Source of the DNA: Candidatus Multivoradales bacterium | GTDB lineage: Bacteria > Acidobacteriota > Thermoanaerobaculia > Multivoradales > J023 | DNA: 64,000 bases | Direction: 5' to 3' | NCBI GenBank assembly: GCA_965248925.1 | Contig: CBDFLE010000006.1 | Coordinates: 160,001 to 224,000, forward strand | Part shown: positions 37,173 to 45,648 of the stretch, piece after piece | Numbering within the stretch: the stretch's first letter is position 1 | Layout: every line of letters begins with the position of its first letter | Program-made: the position numbers and the translations under genes | Notes under the pieces: model-generated | Seen by the model: only the letters and a program-made list of their open reading frames with translations | What the model was told of the DNA's origin: nothing | Database searches by the model: none

Positions 37173-38639
37173 CTAACCTCTACGCCCGGCAGCCGGCGGC
37201 CGCCAAGCCGGTGGCGTCAGCCGCCGCTTGCCATCGCTGGTGCGTTCGACGCCCGGCTCCAGATCTAGCCGGTCCCACAGCTGGCAGGTGACCTGCTTGT
37301 GCATCTGGTCGAGGCCCTCGCAGTAGTTGCTGTAGATGCAGCGCCGCACTTCTTCGCCATGGCCGAGGCGGAGCTTGCGAAACCAATCAGGATCGGCCAG
37401 CGACTGGCGGGCGGCCGCCACGATATCGGCCTCGCCACCGTCGAGGACTTGCGCCAGCTGGCTAAAGGTCGACAGGCCGCCGGCTAGCACCACCGGGGTT
37501 GCCAAAGCGGCCGCGACCAGCGCCCGCTTGATCCGCGCCACCGGTTCTCGGTTGCGGCCAAACGGTCCGCGGGCGTCGGAGATTGCAGTCGGCATGCACT
37601 CGTAACCACTGGGACCCGTGTAGGGATAGGCCGCTCGGCCTATCTTGGGCTTCTGGGCGTCTTCGAACTTGCCACCTCGCGACAGGCTGAGGAAGTCCAT
37701 CCCCGCCCGCGCCAGCTCGACGCCGAAGTAAATGGCGTCGTTCACCGTGCTACCACCGGCCACGCATTCCTCGCTCAGATAGCGGCAGCCGACGGCGAAA
37801 CCACCACCCACTTGCTGGCGAACCTGCCGGTAGACCGCGAGCGGCAAACGTAGGCGGCCTTCGCGGCTACCGCCATAGCCGTCGTCACGGGTGTTCAAGG
37901 CCGACAGGAAAGACGCCATGGTGTAGGCGTGGGCGAAATGTAGCTCGACACCATCGAAGCCGGCCCGTCGAGCCCGCTCAGCGGCGGCGGCGAAGAGCCC
38001 CGGCAGAACCTCCGGCAACTCCCGCACCTGCGGCAAGTGGAGGTCTGTCACCCGCTCGCGATAGCCGAAGTCGAGGGCCTCGAGTTCGCGCAGGTCGAGC
38101 ACTTGCTCAAGCTGCTCGCGGGGCAGTGCCAGTAGATGTTCGCGCAACGCCTGATCGCTGAGCTGCTCGCCAATTGCCTGGCGATGCCGGTCGGTGATCT
38201 GCAGATACTGGCGTAAGAACTTCTCCGGCTGGGGCCGGCGGCGAATACTCAGAAAGTCGATGAGCTGGATCAACAGGCGAGTGCGCCCGCCAGAGGCTCG
38301 GCGGACCGTCTCCACCAGCTGCTTCAAGCCGGGTAGAAAGCGATCGTGGCCGATGCGCAGCAAGGGGCCGCTGGGGACTTCGCGAATACCGGTAGCCTCG
38401 ACCACCAACACCCCCGGCTGGCCAGCGGCAAAGCGCTCGTACCAGGCCAAGACCTGCTCGCTGACCATGCCTTCCTCGGTCGCTCGCCAAGGCACCATCG
38501 CCGGCACCCAAGTGCGCTCGACGAGCTCGATCGGCCCGAGCTTGAAGGGTTGAAAAACGAGGCTTTCCTCAGCCTCCCGACGACTCGGCCAGCAGGCTTC
38601 CGGCAAGGGGTGTTTGATGCGCTCGGGAGGCTTCCACAT
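37173..38639 (-). CDS. NADH:flavin oxidoreductase (Old Yellow Enzyme family)
   Basis: PAMV, VVEATG, AGFDGVELHFAHAY, NTRDDGYGGS, ARQSLADP, RCIYSNYC. Confidence 0.9.
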   Translation of the reverse strand: MWKPPERIKHPLPEACWPSRREAEESLVFQPFKLGPIELVERTWVPAMVPWRATEEGMVSEQVLAWYERFAAGQPGVLVVEATGIREVPSGPLLRIGHDRFLPGLKQLVETVRRASGGRTRLLIQLIDFLSIRRRPQPEKFLRQYLQITDRHRQAIGEQLSDQALREHLLALPREQLEQVLDLRELEALDFGYRERVTDLHLPQVRELPEVLPGLFAAAAERARRAGFDGVELHFAHAYTMASFLSALNTRDDGYGGSREGRLRLPLAVYRQVRQQVGGGFAVGCRYLSEECVAGGSTVNDAIYFGVELARAGMDFLSLSRGGKFEDAQKPKIGRAAYPYTGPSGYECMPTAISDARGPFGRNREPVARIKRALVAAALATPVVLAGGLSTFSQLAQVLDGGEADIVAAARQSLADPDWFRKLRLGHGEEVRRCIYSNYCEGLDQMHKQVTCQLWDRLDLEPGVERTSDGKRRLTPPAWRPPAAGRRG

Positions 38640-38679
38640 CGGCTGAATATAGCGCAGCCAGGAATCCCCGATGCCGGAC

Positions 38680-39069
38680 TCAGCCGGGCTCGGCGTTGGC
38701 CTTCAAGACACCCTGGAAGGATGAACGGTAAGACCAGGCGAGGTAGAGCTGGAGCACCAAGATCAACACCGCCAGCGGCATGCCAGAGGAATCGAGGGCG
38801 ACATGGAAGAAGAAGATGTTGATCACGATCGAAGCCAGCAAGGTCAAAGCCAGGGGCACGTAACGCCCGGCCAAGAGCATCAGACCACAGAGGATCTCAA
38901 CCACTTTCATCAGCGGAAATAGATAGCCACTCGCCGCCAGGCCGCCCATGAAGACAGCCGCGTTGCCGCTGAGCTCGGGCAGAGGAATGAAGTTCAAGAA
39001 CCCATTGAGGCCGAAGACGGTGAAGATCAGACCGAGGACAATGCGGGCACCGAGAACCAACTTGCTCAT
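38680..39069 (-). CDS. DoxX family membrane protein
   Basis: ARIVLGLIF..FGLNGF, SGYL, NIFFFH; AGGAG RBS. Confidence 0.85.
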   Translation of the reverse strand: MSKLVLGARIVLGLIFTVFGLNGFLNFIPLPELSGNAAVFMGGLAASGYLFPLMKVVEILCGLMLLAGRYVPLALTLLASIVINIFFFHVALDSSGMPLAVLILVLQLYLAWSYRSSFQGVLKANAEPG

Positions 39070-39194
39070 GAGTCGCTCCTTTGTTTCAGGACCCACCGAC
39101 GACGCAACCCGACCCACCCGAGGCGCGGCGCGGTCCGTGACAGAAATTGTTCGAATGCTGGGCTCATCCTACACCCTCCGGCAGGCTGCTCGGA

Positions 39195-40373
39195 TCAATC
39201 GCCTCCAACCTGGCGCATTAGCTGATTGGCAATCACCAGATGCTGGATCTCGCTGGTGCCTTCGTAGATCCGCAGGGCACGCACTGCCCGGTAAAGGCGA
39301 TCCACCGGATGGTTGGCCAGCACCCCCAGACCGCCGACTACCTGCACCGCGTCGTCAACAATACGCTGAGCCGCCTCGGTGGCGTAGAGCTTGGCCATCG
39401 CCGCTTCCAAGGTCACCCGCTCGGCCCCGCCATCGGCCTCGGCTGCGGCACGGTAGGTCAGCAGTCGAGCCGCCGCCAGTTCGGTGGCCATGCGCGCCAA
39501 TTTTTGCTGCACGAGCTGAAAATCGGCCAACGGGCGGCCGAATTGCCGCCGCTTGCCGGCATGCCGCAGCGCTTCTTCGAGCGCCCTCTCGGCCATGCCA
39601 CAGGCTGCCGCCGCCACCGTCGCCCGCAGTCGGTCGAGGGTGCGCATGCCGAGCTTGAAACCCTCGTTCTGCAGACCCAGCAGATTCTCGGCCGGCACCT
39701 GGCAAGCCGCAAAAGCCATCTCGCCCAGGGGATGCGGCGAGCTGGTGATCTGCGGACCGACGAAGCGCAGCCCCGGACGATCGGCCTCGACCACCAGGCA
39801 GGAGATACCCCGCGAGCCAGCCGCCGGATCGGTGCTGGCGAAAACGGTGTAAAAGTCGGCAATGCCGGCGTTGGAGATCAGGTGTTTGCCGCCATCGAGC
39901 ACCCATTCACCACCGTCACTGCGAGCACGGGTTGAGATGGCCGAAACATCCGAGCCGGCCGCCGCTTCAGTCATCGCAAAAGCGGCGATCAATTCGCCCC
40001 TGGCCACGCCAGGCAGCCAGCGCTGGCGTTGTTCGGCAGTGCCGGCCAAGGTGATCGGCATCGAACCCAGACACTGTAGAGCGAACAGATCATCCGCCAA
40101 CGGCGAGTACGAGGCCAAGGTCTCGCGAATCAGACAACAAGCACGAAAATCAGGCCCCGCGGCAACGCCACCATCGACTTCGGCCATGGCGTGGCGGATG
40201 AAACCACTGTCACCCAACAAGGCAACGATCCGCCGCGACTGCTGGCGTGCTTCGTTGTCGTCGGCAGGCTCCGGCAGAGGCACTAGCTGGCGGCGCGAGA
40301 AATCCTCTAGGGCCTCGACCAGCCGCAAGTGTCGGGGTTCCAAGAAAGCTCCCACGGTCTTGATATCCGGCAT
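39195..40373 (-). CDS. Acyl-CoA dehydrogenase
   Basis: FAMTE..AGSD, GGKHLISN, RRQFG, AMAK, QVVGG.G, RIYEGTSEIQ. Confidence 0.95.
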   Translation of the reverse strand: MPDIKTVGAFLEPRHLRLVEALEDFSRRQLVPLPEPADDNEARQQSRRIVALLGDSGFIRHAMAEVDGGVAAGPDFRACCLIRETLASYSPLADDLFALQCLGSMPITLAGTAEQRQRWLPGVARGELIAAFAMTEAAAGSDVSAISTRARSDGGEWVLDGGKHLISNAGIADFYTVFASTDPAAGSRGISCLVVEADRPGLRFVGPQITSSPHPLGEMAFAACQVPAENLLGLQNEGFKLGMRTLDRLRATVAAAACGMAERALEEALRHAGKRRQFGRPLADFQLVQQKLARMATELAAARLLTYRAAAEADGGAERVTLEAAMAKLYATEAAQRIVDDAVQVVGGLGVLANHPVDRLYRAVRALRIYEGTSEIQHLVIANQLMRQVGGD

Positions 40374-40470
40374 TTTTCCAGCTTATAGCACCGAGTCTGC
40401 CGCACGGGCGAACAAGCTACTAGGGTGTCGCGTAAGATCAACCATCGAGACTTTTAAAGGAGTACCCATC

Positions 40471-40797
40471 ATGAAATTGAAAAGCATCGGAGTTCTCTCG
40501 CTAGGCAAGATAATGGGCATCATCTACGGCGTCCTTGGCTTGATTGGGGGTTTGATCTGGGGTTTGGTCGCGATTATCGCCTCTACCTTCGGAGCCTTCG
40601 CCGCCGAGTCCGCTGGGCCTCTCTTCGGGATCTTGCTCGGCGTCGGCGCGGTCATCGGTCTACCCCTGCTGTATGGCTTCTTCGGCTTCCTCGGCGGCTT
40701 GCTGGTCGCCTGGATCTACAACCTCGTCGCCAGCCGCATCGGTGGCCTGGAATTGAATCTGGAACCGACCGTTCCCGCTACCGACGCCCTCTCCTAG
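40471..40797 (+). CDS. Small membrane protein (DUF3566-like)
   Basis: AAAGGAG RBS; LKSIGVLS.GK...IYNLVASRIGGLEL. Corresponds to the 3' part of track ORF 39862..40797. Confidence 0.75.
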   Translation: MKLKSIGVLSLGKIMGIIYGVLGLIGGLIWGLVAIIASTFGAFAAESAGPLFGILLGVGAVIGLPLLYGFFGFLGGLLVAWIYNLVASRIGGLELNLEPTVPATDALS

Positions 40798-40894
40798 CCC
40801 AGCGGTTGCGGGCTAGCAAAGCGAACGCTGGCAGCAGCTGAAATTTGGTCGCTTCGAGGGTTTCAGATGTTTGTGAATCTTTCGAGACGTCATT

Positions 40895-42274
40895 TTAGAG
40901 CGATGTCAGGCCACAGCACGGCGACTCGGCCAACACCTGCTCGAGGATCTCCAGGCCGCGAGCCAGGGATTCTCGATCGGTGGTTCCGAGACATAGGCGA
41001 ATGGCTGCCGGTGGTGGCGAGGGGGGCACGGAGAAGGTCTCAGCCGGCGCCACTGTCACCCCACGGCGACGCAATTCCAGAGCCAGCTCGGACGGCGGCC
41101 AAGAGGCCGGAAGTGGTAGCCACAGCAGGTGCCCTTGGTTAGCGGCGGACGCCGGATAGCTGCTTAGAATTTCGGCGGCCAAGCGGTGTCGCGCCCGCGC
41201 CTCGCGGCGCCGGCGGCGGATGGTGGCGGCGATCGTTCCGTCCTCCAACCAGAGACGAAACACTTCAGCGGTCAACGGCGAACCGCAGATCAAAGTGGCC
41301 TGAAGGGTGGCCGAGACCCGGTTGCGCCACGCTCTGGGCACCGCTAGGAAACCGACTCTCAGCCCAGCTGCGACCACTTTCGATAGGGAAGTCAGCAGCA
41401 TGGTGCGCTCGCTGGCCAGGGTCGCCAGCAGGGGCGGCGGATCGACCCTCAAGGCACGATGGATGGCATCTTCGACCAGGATCAGGTCATGACGCCGAGC
41501 GATTTCGACGATCGCCTGACGACGCTCGGCGGAAAGTGACACCTGGGTGGGATTCTGCAATGTAGGCATGCAGTAGAGAGCCCGCGGCGCATAGCGGCGG
41601 CAGAAGCTGTCCAACGCGTCGGGCAACAATCCCCCCCCATCCATCGGCACTCCCAACAGCCGTAGGCCCAGCATGTCGGCGACCGCCTTGATGCCAGGGA
41701 ATGTCACTGTGCCCGCCAAGATGGTGTCTCCCGAGCGGGCAACGCTAGCGATCGCCACGGCGATGGCGTGCTGTGCCCCGGCGGTCACCAGCAGGCCCTC
41801 GACGTCCGCTTCAAAGCCCAGGGTGCGCAGCCACTCGACGCCGGCAGCCCGATGGTCGGCGCGTCCCTCCGGCGACGGGTAGCGCAGTAAATCCTGGTGC
41901 CAAGAATCCGCCAACAAGCGGCTCAGCGCTGGGCCCAGCTGCGGGTCTTGGCAATAAGCCGGATAGTTGACCCCCAAATCGATCGCCCCGGCCGGCACCA
42001 GCGACGCCAACGAAGCACGACCTGACGCCACCGTACCAACAAAGGTCCCGCGCCGCCCCTCGCCACGAATCAGACCCCGACTCTCGGCCTCACCGTAGGC
42101 CCGAGTTACCGTACCGAGGGCCACCCCGAGGCGCTGGGCAAGCCAGCGCTGGGTCGGCAAGCGATCACCTGGCGACAGCCGACCTGCTTCGATATCACCC
42201 TCGAGCGCGCTGACGATGGTCTGGTAGAAAGGCTCGTCCTGAGGGTCAAAACTGGGCAACCACTCTTTTGTCAT
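40895..42274 (-). CDS. MocR/GntR family PLP-dependent transcriptional regulator
   Basis: GDRLPTQR...GTVTRAY wHTH, GAQHA, PTLQNPT, SLSK..AAGLRVG. Confidence 0.93.
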   Translation of the reverse strand: MTKEWLPSFDPQDEPFYQTIVSALEGDIEAGRLSPGDRLPTQRWLAQRLGVALGTVTRAYGEAESRGLIRGEGRRGTFVGTVASGRASLASLVPAGAIDLGVNYPAYCQDPQLGPALSRLLADSWHQDLLRYPSPEGRADHRAAGVEWLRTLGFEADVEGLLVTAGAQHAIAVAIASVARSGDTILAGTVTFPGIKAVADMLGLRLLGVPMDGGGLLPDALDSFCRRYAPRALYCMPTLQNPTQVSLSAERRQAIVEIARRHDLILVEDAIHRALRVDPPPLLATLASERTMLLTSLSKVVAAGLRVGFLAVPRAWRNRVSATLQATLICGSPLTAEVFRLWLEDGTIAATIRRRRREARARHRLAAEILSSYPASAANQGHLLWLPLPASWPPSELALELRRRGVTVAPAETFSVPPSPPPAAIRLCLGTTDRESLARGLEILEQVLAESPCCGLTSL

Positions 42275-42358
42275 AGTGACGAATGATGCTTTGAAACTAG
42301 TACAAAGTCAAATAGGCTGTTCACCACGGGTTCGCCAGACTTCGATCCCAAAGCCCTC

Positions 42359-43150
42359 ATGAACTCCAGAAAAACAATAGTCAGCCCTCCGCGCCCACCG
42401 CCAGAGTCTCGCCAGGCCGCTTCTTGGGCAGGTCTGCGGGCGGTGGTGCCGATCCTGCTCGGGGTCATTCCCTTCGGCATGATCAGCGGTGCTTCAGCGG
42501 TGGCCGCCGGCTTGTCCTTGGGCCAGGCGGTAGGAATGTCGGTGGTCGTGTTTGCTGGCGCGGCGCAGCTAGCGGCGGTGGAGCTACTCGCTCATGGAGC
42601 CTCACCGGTGGTGGTGGTACTTACCGCCTGGGTCATCAACCTCCGCTTCATGATGTACAGCGCCAGTTTGGCGCCTTGGGTACGCTCGCTGGTGGCGAGC
42701 AAGAAACTACTGCTCTCTTACTTGCTCACCGACCAAGCCTACGCCGTGTCGCTGGTGCGCTTCGAGCAACATCCCAAGCGTCCCAAACTAGCCTTTTATC
42801 TCGGCGCGGCCGCGACCTTGTGGGGGGTCTGGCAACTCAGCACCCTGGCCGGTGCGGCGCTTGGCAGCGGTCTACCAGCCACCCTGGAGCTCGAATTCGC
42901 CATCCCCCTGACCTTCATTGCACTGATGGTGCCGATGCTGAATGATCGGCCGCGGTTGCTGGCGGCACTCACCGCGGGTGTCGTCTCCCTGGCCGCTCAG
43001 GATCTGCCTTTCAACCTGGGTTTGATCATCGCGGCAGCCGGCGGCGTCGGCGTTGGCCTGCTGATCGAGACCGGCAAGAAGCCCCAGGTCGAGACCGCCG
43101 ATTCACCGTCAGCGACGCTCGAAACCTGCGCCGACTCTTGCCAGGAGTGA
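42359..43150 (+). CDS. azlC: AzlC family branched-chain amino acid exporter
   Basis: VFAGAAQ, INLRFMMYSASL, LLTDQAYA. Confidence 0.92.
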   Translation: MNSRKTIVSPPRPPPESRQAASWAGLRAVVPILLGVIPFGMISGASAVAAGLSLGQAVGMSVVVFAGAAQLAAVELLAHGASPVVVVLTAWVINLRFMMYSASLAPWVRSLVASKKLLLSYLLTDQAYAVSLVRFEQHPKRPKLAFYLGAAATLWGVWQLSTLAGAALGSGLPATLELEFAIPLTFIALMVPMLNDRPRLLAALTAGVVSLAAQDLPFNLGLIIAAAGGVGVGLLIETGKKPQVETADSPSATLETCADSCQE

Positions 43151-43154
43151 TGGG

Positions 43155-43478
43155 ATGCTGTCGACAACGAGCTTTTGGTTACTGGTTGGGGTCATCGGCG
43201 CCGGCACGCTGGCCCTGCGCGCGGTTTTCGTCTTCGCCTTCGCCGAACGCCAGCTGCCGCCCCGGGCGGAGCGGGGTTTGTACCTAGCGCCCGCGGCGAT
43301 TTTCTCGGCCATCGTTCTACCGGCCGTTTTCAGCACTACGACCAGAGTCAGCGGCCTCGACCCCCGCCTTCTGGCCGCCGGCATCGCAGTGCTGATCGCC
43401 TGGCGCAGCCGCAGCATGCTGGCGACCATCTCCGGCGGCATGGTGGCACTGTGGCTAGGGCGCTGGCTGCTGAGTTAG
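43155..43478 (+). CDS. azlD: AzlD family exporter small subunit
   Basis: GTLALR, PAAIFSAIV, RLLAA..A..IAW, TISGGM. Confidence 0.88.
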   Translation: MLSTTSFWLLVGVIGAGTLALRAVFVFAFAERQLPPRAERGLYLAPAAIFSAIVLPAVFSTTTRVSGLDPRLLAAGIAVLIAWRSRSMLATISGGMVALWLGRWLLS

Positions 43479-43511
43479 CCGACCGCGGCAGTTGGCAGTA
43501 CCTACCCAGGA

Positions 43512-44312
43512 TCAGCTGAAGCGGGGCTTGCGCTTGTCGGCAAAGGCGGCGTGGCTCTCGCGAAAGTTAGGATCTTCCATGCACGCGGCCTGGATCTCGA
43601 CCTCGGCGGCCATCGCCGACTCGAGGTCCATCGAAGCCTCGCGCAGCACCAGTTTCTTGGTCACCTCGAGGCCGAAGGACGGGCCGCGGGCAAGGCGCTC
43701 GGCCCACTCGCCGGCCACCGTTGGCAACTGGGCCTTGGCCACCACCCGATTGTAGAGACCAATGCGGTAAGCCTCCTCGGCAGTGACGAATTCACCGGTC
43801 ATCAGCAGTTCCATCCCCCGTCCCAGGCCGACGATGCGCGGCAGCAGCCAGGAAGCCCCCATGTCGGCTCCGGAGAGACCGACCTTGGTGAAAATGAAAC
43901 CAATCTTGGCGTCGTCAGCGGCGATGCGCACGTCCGACGCCACCGCCATCACCGCGCCGGCTCCAGCCACCAGACCATTGAGCGCGGCGACGATCGGCCG
44001 GCGGCAGCGCAGCATGGAGAGAATCAGCGCTCCGGTCAGGCGGGTGAACTCCAGCAGACCCCGGTAGTCGCGGCCGAAAAGCTCGCCGATGATGTCGTGC
44101 ACGTCGCCACCGCTGCAAAAGGCCTTGCCCGCGCCGGTGAGCATGATCGCCCGCACGCCGGGCTCGGTATCGAGGGTCTCGAAGGCCCGCCGCAACTCGT
44201 CGTACACCTCGAATGTCAAGGCGTTGTAACGCTCGGGACGATTCAAGGTCAGGGTGGCGACACCGGTCGCTGGATCGTGCTGGTAGCGAAAGCTCTGCGG
44301 ATCAAGGGGCAT
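43512..44312 (-). CDS. Enoyl-CoA hydratase family protein
   Basis: LNRPERYNALT, AFCSGGDV, VAGAGA, VGLSGADMG, AAFADKRKP. Confidence 0.93.
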   Translation of the reverse strand: MPLDPQSFRYQHDPATGVATLTLNRPERYNALTFEVYDELRRAFETLDTEPGVRAIMLTGAGKAFCSGGDVHDIIGELFGRDYRGLLEFTRLTGALILSMLRCRRPIVAALNGLVAGAGAVMAVASDVRIAADDAKIGFIFTKVGLSGADMGASWLLPRIVGLGRGMELLMTGEFVTAEEAYRIGLYNRVVAKAQLPTVAGEWAERLARGPSFGLEVTKKLVLREASMDLESAMAAEVEIQAACMEDPNFRESHAAFADKRKPRFS

Positions 44313-44328
44313 CGATTCTAAACTCCTT

Positions 44329-44763
44329 CTATTCCAACCCGCTGTCGGCGGCGGCTGGCGCCAGCACCGCCTGGGCTTGGATCTCGACCTTGGCCGCAGG
44401 GTCGAGCAGACCACTGACCTCGACCAACGCCATGGTCGGATAGTGACCGCCCATCAAATCTCGGTAGGCGGCGCCAACCTGCTTCAGAGCACCAAGGTAC
44501 TCGTTCTTGTCGGTGACGTAGAGGGTCAGCTGGGCGATCGCCGGCGGCCCGCCACCCGCCGCCTCAACCACCGCCAACACATTGGCCAGCGCCTGGCGGA
44601 ACTGCCGCGAAAAATCTTCGGAGACGATTAACTGCTCGCTATTCCAGGCGATCTGCCCGGCAACAAAGAGCAGTCGACCACCAGGCGGTGCCAGAATGCC
44701 GTTGGCATATCCCCGCGGCGCGCCCAACCGCGCCGGGTTGATGCTCTCTAGCTTGTAACTCAT
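44329..44763 (-). CDS. RidA/YjgF family protein
   Basis: PRGYANG, FVAGQI, YPTMALVEV..L..AKVEI; ATGA coupling to the SDR gene. Confidence 0.9.
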   Translation of the reverse strand: MSYKLESINPARLGAPRGYANGILAPPGGRLLFVAGQIAWNSEQLIVSEDFSRQFRQALANVLAVVEAAGGGPPAIAQLTLYVTDKNEYLGALKQVGAAYRDLMGGHYPTMALVEVSGLLDPAAKVEIQAQAVLAPAAADSGLE

Positions 44764-45545
44764 GACTGCAAGGCTCCTCCGTCGAGCACCACCGCTTGGC
44801 CATTGACCCCCCGCGCTCGCGGATCGCAAAGCGCCAGAACCTGATAAGCCACCTCCTCGGCCTCGATCAAACGCTGCTGCGGACTCGCCGCCTCCAGCCG
44901 ACGACGGGCATCATCCGCCTCGAGATCGGTCTTGCCGACGATGCGGGCAATGGTTTGATCGGTCATCTCGGTATCGACATAACCTGGGCAAACCGCGTTG
45001 ACCGTCACTCCGCGACTAGCGACTTCTGCCGACAAGGCACGGGTCAAACCGACGACGGCATGTTTGGAAGCAGTGTAAGCGGTGATGTAAGCCGCGCCAC
45101 TCTTGCCCGCCACCGAGGCGATGTTAACGATCCGCCCCCAACCCCTCTCCACCATCCCCGGCAAGAAAGCGCGGCAGCAGAGGAAGGTGCCGGTGGCGTT
45201 GGTCGCCATCACTTGGTTCCACATTTCGAGGGTGGTGCGATGCAGAGGAGCTGAGGGCGCGATGCCGGCATTGGCCACCAGGATGTCGACTCCACCGAGG
45301 CGCTCTTCGGCGATCGAGCGGAGCCGCTCCACGGCCTCTTCGCTGGTCACGTCGCAGACCACCGCATGGGCCTCGGCGCCGTCGTCGGTGAGTTCGGTGG
45401 CCAACCCTTCGATCGGCTCGGGGGTACGCCCGCTGAGCACCACTGCGGCCCCATTGGCGGCCAACAACCGCGCGGTAGCCGCGCCAATTCCGCGACCACC
45501 GCCAGTGATGACCGCACCCAAGCCGGTCAAGATTCCATTCGTCAT
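44760..45545 (-). CDS. SDR family oxidoreductase (3-hydroxyacyl-CoA dehydrogenase-like)
   Basis: TGGGRGIG, NAG, YTASK, VCPGYVDT. Confidence 0.93.
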   Translation of the reverse strand: MTNGILTGLGAVITGGGRGIGAATARLLAANGAAVVLSGRTPEPIEGLATELTDDGAEAHAVVCDVTSEEAVERLRSIAEERLGGVDILVANAGIAPSAPLHRTTLEMWNQVMATNATGTFLCCRAFLPGMVERGWGRIVNIASVAGKSGAAYITAYTASKHAVVGLTRALSAEVASRGVTVNAVCPGYVDTEMTDQTIARIVGKTDLEADDARRRLEAASPQQRLIEAEEVAYQVLALCDPRARGVNGQAVVLDGGALQS

Positions 45546-45648
45546 GAGGGCGACCTTAGAGACGGCGCCGGAAGCTGTCAAGCAGCCCCTGGCCAGCTGG
45601 CCCTATTGCCGCGATAGCAGAGAGATCGATAGTCTCGGCCAGTCGATC

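Noticed and set aside
39862-40470. N-terminal part of the 311-aa ORF
   Set aside because: It is antisense to the acyl-CoA dehydrogenase; an RBS supports a start at 40471.
42270-42312. GTCA-TAG-TGAC palindrome and TTGACT-N17-CATCAT at the MocR start
   Set aside because: Plausible autoregulatory site and promoter, but too short and weak to support.
45103-45648. N-terminal extension of the 945-aa sulfatase ORF
   Set aside because: It is antisense to the SDR gene; the lipoprotein signal starts at 45649.
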